This document shows positions 47,501-55,195 of a stretch of DNA of 55,195 bases, one piece after another. Location of the stretch: contig MQRK01192128.1 in NCBI GenBank assembly GCA_001938485.1, positions 1 to 55,195 on the forward strand, in the 5' to 3' direction. Position 1 is the first letter of the stretch, and every line of letters starts with the position of its first letter. Position numbers and translations under genes: made by a program. The notes under the pieces are model-generated. The model saw nothing but the letters and a program-made list of their open reading frames with translations. It made no database searches and was not told the DNA's origin. Origin of the DNA: Girardia tigrina. Its lineage: Eukaryota.

Positions 47501-49795
47501 TACTTGCAATATCGACTAAATTTTAATAAAGTTGTTTTTTCAGAAAAAAATCATTTAGGTGATTCTGTTTGTTGGTGATTCTATTCAAGAAAGGAGGTCA
47601 AAATACATAGACAGGAAAGTCAAGATTTAAGGTATGGTGTTTCCTTCCGTTGAATGTTTGATTCAAAAAATGGACAACAAACAACAAAATAAATATATAG
47701 AGTGATCCTACTTTGCTATTCCTCTTATAAAATCAAAGCTTTGGGACAATTTTATATTCCACCAGGACAATCACCAGATTCATGTTTCTTATTTGATGAT
47801 GAACTTTTCCAAAAAAATAATATTTGATTATTAACCGATTGCAGTCGTAAATTGTTTCATTACTCGCTACCACAGGTCGATTTTTTTAAATACATAAATA
47901 CACACTTACATAATTGTTACAAAATTTAAATACTAAAAAAAACTATTTCACGTTGTTTTTTTTATTTTTCTTTATTAATAAGGTCTTAAATCAATTTAAT
48001 AATCAAAAGAAAATGTGTTCTTTTTGTAAGAAGTTTGAAGGAACCCATGTAAGTCTTTCTGCTCAGTATACATTTATTACAAAGAAATGTTACAAACTGT
48101 ACACCTTCTCAAAAATACTGTAGAATAATGTACTTTGGAATCTGAAAAATGTATATGTACATTGTAATGCTAGTAAGTTTTCTAAATTTTCAATGTATGG
48201 TGTCTCTCAAAACAGTCATCAGGATGCAATCCTGGATTCTGCGGACAAGTTTTACAATAATAAACAGTCTCTCGGCTCCCTCCTTTCACTTTTATATTAC
48301 TGCACGCTATCAGCTATATATCTTTTATCACAGGGAGAGTCTAACTCGACATTACCAGTGAATATGACTGCTGTAAACATCATGTCGAGCTATACTATAC
48401 GTACGACCGCAACTGGTAGTGTGAGGAATATTTGAATGTTTGATGTTTTGTGTTTGAATGTGTATATTGATTTGGAAATGTGTCTCTCCTACCCAGATGG
48501 ATGATTAATATTTTAATTCTTATTATCTAAAATATGTAATGTTTAAATTTATTTTTAATTTCATATAATTTTAAAATTTTAAATAAGTTAATTAATTTTT
48601 ATAATATTTAATAAATAAATCAAATTAATATTTTTTAAATAATTAATTATCATTTTAATTATTATCCAATAAGTTTTGAGTGAATATTTTATTTAAATAT
48701 TTATTTCTCCATTTTCTAAAAAAAGTAATGCGAATTAAACCATTAATCAATTTCGCTTTGAATGCAAATGTACGAAATTGTTGTTTAAATAAAAATATAA
48801 AAAATCAAATTGGTGTTTTTAATAGGTAGATTAAAATGGTCTGCTCAAAGTCCAGATTTGAATATTACGGGAAAGTTTTGGAAAACGATTACACAAAATT
48901 CATTCATGATTTATTTGTTTAACAGTTTTGGGAAATCGACAATTTATTTGAATTAATAAATAATATTCCAACAGTTAATTAAAGAAAATTAATCTACCTT
49001 CAATGAAGCATTTACTGGCATCTCCAATAGGAGCAACATTGACCACAAACGGACTGTTATTTACCGGTACATCGTCGAAGGAAACTGTAATACAATGTTT
49101 ACCAGCATCAATGGGAGTATATTGACAGCAAAATATTCCATTGCCTTCGTCAATAATTTCGAATGGTAAAAGTAAATCATCCGGATTCTAAGATCATTAA
49201 AATAACTCTATCATTTTCAACATTGTTAAGGAGTGGAAATACCGATAGTGACAACTGAATATCACCATGACCAGCTTCAGACACGTCAATGTGAAATTGG
49301 ACTGGTACCGACGGAGTCAAGAATCCACCGGTGGGTAACACTCCTTCTCCGATAACTTTAACTTTGTTTGGTTCGGATTTCGGTAGGATGTTCATGTGAA
49401 AAGGTGCATCTGGTATAAGTGTGTCGGCATGTTTGATTTCCATAGTGTGAGGTCCAAGCATAGTTGGAGTGAAAACAATATCATAAATTCCCGGAACAGC
49501 ATTTTCTCTCGGTTTTACTTCACATGGAAATTCTAGTCCTTCTTCATTCTTGCAAGACACCTTAAGTTTTATAAGTTTTATTTGTTTTCCAATAAAGTTT
49601 ATGCTTTAAAAATTCATAAAAATTTCAAGAAAAAATCCCACACCTTAAGTGGAGCTTCTCCAGCTCTTGAGGCATCAATGGTGAACTTTACAGGGTCACC
49701 CAGTCGATTAACAGTGCTTGGTTTCAGGCACTCTCCGTAACATTTCACTTTAGATGTGTTTATAGGATCGCGAATTGGCAGTTTAAAAGGACTAT
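28577..49795 (-). CDS. FLN: Filamin (cheerio/FLNA-like), 3' portion, 18 exons; 5' part lies beyond the window end
   Basis: Repeated filamin Ig motifs ([27 protein letters not shown]...G.Y.I.IKF...HIPGSPF). GT-AG exons total 3,629 nt and stay in frame to the TAA at 28577 (C-terminus ...[17 protein letters not shown]). Confidence 0.95.
28911..29119. mobile_element. Tc1/mariner-type MITE in the last filamin intron
   Basis: Perfect ~66-bp TIRs beginning CAGGGTGGCCC, TA flanks. Confidence 0.93.
29506..29652. repeat. (TA)n microsatellite with gap; others at 1-42, ~44495-44517 and ~54830-54861
   Basis: Direct reading. Confidence 0.95.
30084..30315. mobile_element. piggyBac-type MITE (232 bp)
   Basis: TTAA-CCCTTAAATGCAT...ATGCATTCAAGGG-TTAA. 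Confidence 0.85.
30560..32040 (+). mobile_element. Highly degenerate rosa/DD41D-like Tc1-mariner remnants
   Basis: [13 protein letters not shown] at ~30610 and [14 protein letters not shown]...GVTVWFGIS...[10 protein letters not shown] at 31760-31920. Confidence 0.55.
32100..33494. mobile_element. hAT-type MITE interrupted by a mariner
   Basis: Ends CAGGGCTGCGGA / TCCGCAGGCCTG with a perfect 8-bp target-site duplication ctttagag (32092-32099, 33495-33502). Confidence 0.88.
32161..33436 (-). mobile_element. Mariner (mellifera-like), full length, pseudogenised
   Basis: TIRs ttgg(g/t)ttggccaaaaagtcattgcgt, TA flanks; [13 protein letters not shown]..., [16 protein letters not shown]. Confidence 0.95.
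33754..33964 (-). CDS. FLN: Filamin exon Q (hinge 2 and start of last repeat)
   Basis: ANITG...[10 protein letters not shown]...[14 protein letters not shown]...FNVDASQA. Confidence 0.9.
34012..34217 (-). CDS. FLN: Filamin exon P
   Basis: [23 protein letters not shown]...[14 protein letters not shown]. Confidence 0.93.
34823..36074 (+). mobile_element. Mariner (mellifera-like, [12 protein letters not shown] type), full length, pseudogenised
   Basis: TIRs ttaggttggggaaaaag; [27 protein letters not shown]. Confidence 0.95.
36238..36547 (-). CDS. FLN: Filamin exon O
   Basis: IGKPAAFTV...[13 protein letters not shown]...HIPGSPFRV...[13 protein letters not shown]; gtaagt donor. Confidence 0.92.
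37111..37389. mobile_element. Non-autonomous element (hAT-like CAG/CTG ends), copy 1
   Basis: Inverted near-copy at 54877-55183; short TIRs. Confidence 0.7.
38880..39345 (-). repeat. Unclassified dispersed repeat; other copies at ~4140-4430, ~26080-26385 and ~48421-48530
   Basis: 38880-39095 and 39270-39345 match the reverse complement of 4140-4430. Confidence 0.8.
39813..39998 (-). CDS. FLN: Filamin exon N
   Basis: [35 protein letters not shown]. Confidence 0.93.
40051..40241 (-). CDS. FLN: Filamin exon M
   Basis: [19 protein letters not shown]...[24 protein letters not shown] (repeat-21-like). Confidence 0.95.
40295..40459 (-). CDS. FLN: Filamin exon L
   Basis: [12 protein letters not shown]...[15 protein letters not shown]...HIP. 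Confidence 0.92.
40508..40789 (-). CDS. FLN: Filamin exon K
   Basis: [19 protein letters not shown]...HVLGSPF...[12 protein letters not shown]. Confidence 0.93.
40956..41159 (-). CDS. FLN: Filamin exon J
   Basis: [13 protein letters not shown]...GSPFKI...[12 protein letters not shown]...DTREAG. Confidence 0.93.
41219..41377 (-). CDS. FLN: Filamin exon I
   Basis: [19 protein letters not shown]...[13 protein letters not shown]; AG/GT boundaries. Confidence 0.9.
42149..42176 (-). CDS. Candidate internal first coding exon (MFSKKGNKS) or 12-nt microexon of filamin
   Basis: ATG TTT TCT AAA AAA GGG AAT AAA TCA G followed by a consensus GTAAGT donor; phase 1 fits exon I. Confidence 0.45.
42375..42548 (-). 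CDS. FLN: Filamin exon H
   Basis: [31 protein letters not shown]...IPGSPF. Confidence 0.93.
42600..42869 (-). CDS. FLN: Filamin exon G
   Basis: IVTTPSG...[13 protein letters not shown]...AYGPGLSHG...[10 protein letters not shown]; AG/GT boundaries. Confidence 0.92.
44752..44875 (-). CDS. FLN: Filamin exon F (hinge 1 / start of next repeat)
   Basis: [10 protein letters not shown]...[17 protein letters not shown]; phases link exon E to exon G. Confidence 0.78.
44928..44960 (-). CDS. FLN: Filamin exon E, 33-nt hinge-1 microexon ([11 protein letters not shown])
   Basis: tttatag acceptor, gtgagt donor, phase 0-0. Confidence 0.75.
45785..46800. mobile_element. Degenerate pogo/Tigger-like element; another pogo-like end at ~45480-45507
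   Basis: TA-CCGTATTTATCGGACTATAAGTCGCAC terminus with repeated tataagtcgcac subterminal motifs; right boundary uncertain. Confidence 0.5.
46992..47257 (-). CDS. FLN: Filamin exon D
   Basis: ORF 46968..47237 ([11 protein letters not shown]...[15 protein letters not shown]); ttcag/gtaatg boundaries. Confidence 0.9.
48998..49187 (-). CDS. FLN: Filamin exon C ([31 protein letters not shown]...NNSPF)
   Basis: Manual translation; AG/GT boundaries in phase. Confidence 0.88.
49243..49560 (-). CDS. FLN: Filamin exon B
   Basis: ORF 49177..49560 with [29 protein letters not shown]; AG/GT boundaries, 318 nt. Confidence 0.9.
49644..49795 (-). CDS. FLN: Filamin exon A ([24 protein letters not shown]...AGEAPLK)
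   Basis: taacag acceptor (phase 1), gtgtgg donor (phase 0), filamin repeat motif. Confidence 0.88.
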
Positions 49796-50199
49796 CTGTT
49801 AAAATAAAATTTAATTACATTATGACTTTTTGTCCTATATTTAAACAATATAAAATAAACATAAAACAACAATAAACATCAACAGTTTTACAACTCAGTA
49901 GGAGGTTAATGTAGGATATTTTTGATAAAAATGCAAAAAATAATTAGAATTATAAGAAGAAATTAAGGAACGACTACAAAATTTGTTTCATAAAAAATAA
50001 AGTGTCCAAAATGATTTTATTTATTAATAATCATCATCAAACGGGAAATATTTATTTTTTTATAATATCTTACTTTAAAGCAACAAATTATATTAATTAG
50101 TTTTTGTAATCGCTCATTAATTTCTTGATAATTCTTTTTTTATAAGATTTTTCTTATATTTCTTATATTAACCTCTTTCCGAAAAATCATTTTAACTAC

Positions 50200-53100
50200 C
50201 GGTTTTTATCTGTGATAAGCTTTGACATCCCATACATAGACCAAGGATTCGTGACTCGGACAAATTACTTCTTTCAGGACTAATAAAAAGATTCTCAAAC
50301 ATGTTAGAACTTGGTGGGTCATATCTTGAAATTTTATTTAAATCACACAAAGATTGAGTATTTGCTTTTGTGGAAATTTCATCGGATGTGGGTAAAAAAA
50401 TATTACTATCTGCGAATTGGTTACGAGTTGCCGTTATTGCAGAATAGCCACGGAAATGCTTTATTTTGTTACATAGCTGTTTATCAGTATTGCTCAAGCA
50501 TCTGCTGTTTCTTGAGATGTAGTCGCAATTTGTAACATTCGCCAACAATGAAAGTGAATCGTTTAAATTGGATTTTAATGCATTTATTTCACTATTACTA
50601 CCAGAATGATAAGTAATAAGTTTCCTTTGACTGGAAGACTTGTTATTATCAAAAACATTAACATCCAACTGCCGTAAAGAATAAGTATGGTTATCTCCGG
50701 CAATGGAAGAAACATCTGTAATGGATAACTTCCCCGATTTGGATGTTAAATCTACTTCATTGACATTTTTCATATTCCTTTGAGAACTGTTAGATCTTTT
50801 CGAACATTTGTTAAATAAAGTGATTATCGGTTTTTTTGTAAAGTTATTTGTAACGGCCGTGTCGTTTGACAAAGTAAACGATGTGATATTGGATGTTAGA
50901 GTGTCTTCACAAACCGAGGACGCTTTAACTGAAATACATTTCTTTGGTTTACTTTTGGTATAGGTCTGTATAGGACCAAAATGATTAGCACCGGACTGTA
51001 CAGATTTAATTTGATTCCACGTTTTTATTTTAGGAGGATTACGAAATTCATTAGCAAAGGATCCTGATTCATAGCTGAGTTCTTGTCGCAATGATTCTGA
51101 ATTTCTATTTATTAACTCCTCAACAAACAAAGTTTGATTAAGCAGTTCTTGAGGTGATATCTTATTCAGATCTTCAGAGAAGTTCTCATGGAAATTCAAT
51201 GCACCAAAAGAATGCTTTGCATTATTTTGAGTGAAAATATTTTTTACATTCCGATTTGTATTGGTTTTGTTTTCTTCTGAACTATTTGTTAATTGTTGCT
51301 TCAGAAAACCTAATGGTGGTGGCAAAGGCGGCGGAGGAGGAATTGGAAATTCATCTGTTATGTCTTGGATACAGTTCAAGGAATCTGCTTTCGACCAAGA
51401 AAAACGTACATCTTCTGGTGTTTGGTAGTCGATATTTTCATCATTATTTAGTGCTTTATTAATTTGTGAAAGTCTTACAAGAGAATTAGATTTAATGAAA
51501 TTCTTAATTAGTTTTGAAGAATCATTGGGAGAAAAATTCTTTCCATATATCCGATCTTGATTCAGAAGAGATGAACATGAAGCTTCTAATTGAATCCGTT
51601 TAGGATAAGTGTCAGACAATTGAGTGAAACTTACATAAAAAGGCAGTTTATTTTGAATAAAAATTGAATTTCCATAATTACAAGACCTAAAAATCTGAGG
51701 AGATATCTCACTATAAGACTGACTTATGTCTGGTAACGTTTCAAGGTGTTCAATACTCAAAATCTTATTAGAATTTGATGTACTTCTATTACTTTTATTA
51801 TTTACATTATTCGAAAAATTATTTTGATCAGTTATATTTTCACAATCGACAAATTTTTGACTAATTAAAACATTGCAATTATTAAGAAATTTACATAGAA
51901 AACTTTCATCTACTTTTAATTGTGTATTCGAACAGGCAACATAATTAAAATTTGGAAAATTGTTATCACTAAAACTTTTTATACCAAGAATGTCTGAATG
52001 TTTTGTATAATTATGATTGTCCATATCCTCGACGTCTGCGTATTCTTCATTAATCTTATGTTTGTAATCATCAATATGTGGTTCTTGTTCATTGAAGCCA
52101 TGATAAAAATATGATTCCAATACTTCATTACTTAACATTTCAATTCGTGGGGAAATCACACAGTTTATCCCATTAAATATAATATTGTCACTACATTTAC
52201 TTCGTTTTATAAAATAATATTGTATTTCGTCTAATTCTAAAATAGTTGAATTTTCAATTTTGCTCAGTGGTTTTGGTTCGACATATTTCAACGAATCTTT
52301 AGCAGATAAAGTGAAATGTGTACGTTCATCTTCAGGGTTATCTTTCTTACAAAAGGTCTTTCTCTGTGAAGAAAGTAGAACATCTTGTGTTTGATGTCCG
52401 ACCATTAATTCATTACCAGAACAGTAAGAGTCTTGAAACTCAATATTTTCATCAGAAGGAAAACTTGGTAACTTAAAAGACTCATCAGATAAAAGATTAG
52501 TCATAGAACAATCATAAGAAAATTCACACACAGCCAAAGAAATATCAGATGGTGGTTCTGGTAATATATTTTCCTTATTAATAGTGGCTTTATTTGTTTT
52601 TGTTACTGAATGTTTCGGACCATGACGAGCTATGATTGGTAAAGGTGGTTTACTAGAATCCACTTTTTCAGGACTAATATTTGTTAATTTCGGATGCATT
52701 GGTATTGAAAAAGTTATAACATCTGAATGTATTTGAACCGGTCTTAAATTATCTGATGATAAAGATCTGCGACAAGGAACATATTTTAAACGAGAATCAC
52801 CATTCGGAGTATTAGGGGCACTATGTCTTACTGCAATATTTGGTGACCTGGAATTTCTTCTTACAGGAATATCATTATCTTCATCACCACTTGCGATTTT
52901 AATTAAATCCTCTCTCAGGGATGACTGACTGGTAGCTTGGGATGTAAAATAACTATTTATCAAAGTATTTTCTGAATATCCATCTTCACTGCTATCCTCA
53001 AATAATGGTGGCAATCTTGGACAACCAGTTAAATCTGAACATGGTTTCAACAAAAACCTTTGCCCCATATTATCGATATCCATATCATTAGAAAAAAAAT

Positions 53101-53847
53101 CCATATTTTCTTTAAACGATACATCATTATAATGTGGTTTACCTGGCAAGGAATTTATCGAATCTTTGTTTTGGTTAGTCATAATTGTGTACTTACGATG
53201 TAAATATTCCTCTGCATCTAACAAACTACCAGCGGTTGCGTCAAGAAACAAATCGGAAAAATCCGAAGGAATAGATAAACTATCATTTATATCTTCAAAT
53301 CTTCCCTCATCATCTGAATTATTTTGTTGATTATAAGTACCCTTATCAGTGAGATTAGTTAAATTGGTTTTCGTTGTTAAAGTTTTGATTGTCCCAAGAT
53401 CAAGATTAGCGGAAGAAGATGAACATTTATTACCTGGTCCTCGATAGTTATTGATAGCTTTTATTATATTTTGTCGGTTAGTCTTCGAACTGAATTTTGA
53501 TTTACTACTTTTATTTTGACTCAGACTATTATTTGCAGTATTTGATACTGAATGTTGTTCAGAAACTGTTGATACTAAACTTAAATTGTCATTTAAGGAT
53601 TTAGATTTCCTATCATTGGACAAGTCCTCACTATTAATCGGTGGCTTCGGTGGAATACTATTAGATAAGTCAAAATATGAATCGAAATCAGGAGCTTCAG
53701 GGAGGACAAGGTTTTCATCATATCCAGAACTATTATTAAATGATTGAAGAATACTATCGGCATCTGTACGCTCATCATCCATAACTGCATTTATTGATAA
53801 CAGTTCTTCATAAGTAGATTCTTGGTGAAAGACGTGTTTCGGAAAGC
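50200..53847 (-). CDS. Giant (3,648 nt, 1,216 codons) Ser/Asn-rich low-complexity exon candidate inside a filamin intron; cassette or alternative terminal exon, or else a nested gene (ORF 50192..53782)
   Basis: Stop-free 3.6 kb in ~70% AT DNA. Phase-1 acceptor (attattag at 53848) sits 65 nt upstream of the first ATG with the frame open. A possible phase-1 GT donor at 50199 precedes the TAA. Confidence 0.75.
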
Positions 53848-54307
53848 CTAATAATTCAATTTTTGTTAATTATAGAGTATTTAAATAAACGATTTTAACA
53901 AGTGTCATTTTTTGTCATTAACTAACATAAATTATATCTACTTATAGTATGGAGTAGCATTTGAATAATACATTTTTTTATTTTTAAGACTATAATTTAT
54001 AATTTCAATTGAACAATAAGATTTTTTGAAACTTTTTTGATCGAATTATGAATTTTCAAGAGGAAAAATGGAATGCTCGATTACGCAGGGCACCCAAAAA
54101 ATGTTTCATTTCATTTTTTAGTGTTTCTTATACAATTTCGGCGTGTTGATTCTAGTGGTAACAATTATTTTTATGTGGCTACAGCGGTTTGGATGAAAAA
54201 GCCATTTTTCTAAAAATTCATTTTTATAACTCCGCTAACCATTATTTTGTTATATTTTTAACGATTTTAATATTAATATTGATTTTGTTATTTGTTTATA
54301 GATAAAA

Positions 54308-54547
54308 ATGTTATCTAGACAATGTAAATTATCATCTGACTGTTTTTGCTACGTTTGTGGATATTATTTTGGTCCCTCTCAAATCAAATATAATATATCT
54401 AGGGGCACGAAGTACTGCGAAGCATATGAGAAATATTTTGGAATACACATAGGAGATCAAGATAAATCCTGGGCTCCTCATGTTATATGTGGATGCTGTA
54501 AACCAACATTGGAAGGGTGGCTAGGAGGTAGCAGGAAACGAATGTAA
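54308..54547 (+). mobile_element. Chapaev3-like (CMC) transposase N-terminal fragment
   Basis: C...DCFCYVCG...YEKYFG..IGDQDKSWAPHVICGCC...L.GWL.G motif; truncated where the transposase normally continues. Confidence 0.7.
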
Positions 54548-54828
54548 AAAATCAAATTTATTCGCAAGAGTTGCATTGTAAAAATCGTCCCTTTCTATAA
54601 TAATATAATCCAAGTGGTCATATCTAAAATTACAATGTTAATATAATATGTTTATCTTCCTAGATTTTTGAGGTCCAACAAATATTTATGGACTGACTAT
54701 TTAATAAATGAACCTTTCTTTTTGTTAACTAATTCCATTATTAACATTACAACACCCAGATAACATCGTTCTTTGATAAAAATTATTTTCGTCCTATTCT
54801 ATAACTTTTTTTTAAATACTCTTAAAAC

Positions 54829-54865
<37 letters not shown>

Positions 54866-54876
54866 CAATGCTTCAC

Positions 54877-55183
54877 ACAGGATTTTTAAAATCCATTTTG
54901 GGTGTACAATGTACACCAAAAAATTTAGCTATCTATAAGTAAAGCATGGGTTCATTAAAAAATACACACACTGCTATTCCACCCACTCTTTCTCCCTCTC
55001 GTACATACACAAGGTTATTTATAATTGTATACTTATTTAATAAGTATAAGACATTCTTTTGTTCTTAAACCTTTAAATTCAGTGTGCATGTGAGATGCAA
55101 CAATTTTTGAGTAAAAATAAATGTTATACTGTACACCCACATTTTCTTAGGTTACACCAAGCTGGAAACCTTAACAAACACTG
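54877..55183. mobile_element. Non-autonomous element (hAT-like ends), copy 2
   Basis: Reverse-complement match to 37111-37389. Confidence 0.7.
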
Positions 55184-55195
55184 TATATATATATA

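Noticed and set aside
50311-51462. Short plus-strand ORFs overlapping the giant exon
   Set aside because: Antisense shadows of the long minus-strand frame with no independent features.

Overview
AT-rich eukaryotic (metazoan) genomic scaffold with assembly gaps, not prokaryotic. The ~42-55 nt introns, ~70% AT and dense mariner/Penelope content suggest a planarian-like flatworm (inference). Two spliced genes lie on the minus strand. The first is the 3' half of a filamin gene: 18 exons at 28577-49795 that I joined by hand into one frame of about 1,208 aa, covering Ig-like repeats ~13-24 and both hinges. Just upstream is a 3,648-nt stop-free, splice-site-flanked low-complexity exon candidate, and there is a possible internal first exon. 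The second is a divergent RBBP6/Mpe1-like gene (DWNN ubiquitin-like domain plus RING, apparently without the zinc knuckle) at about 1438-19146. Its second intron starts with an in-frame stop followed by a 1.5-kb 22-bp minisatellite whose units carry poly(A)-signal-like hexamers. The rest is mostly transposon debris: about ten mariner copies or fragments, Penelope-like elements with hammerhead-ribozyme motifs, a Gypsy pol/LTR fragment, MULE-, hAT-, piggyBac-, pogo-, rosa- and Chapaev-like elements and MITEs, often nested. All calls were made by eye; no database searches were run.
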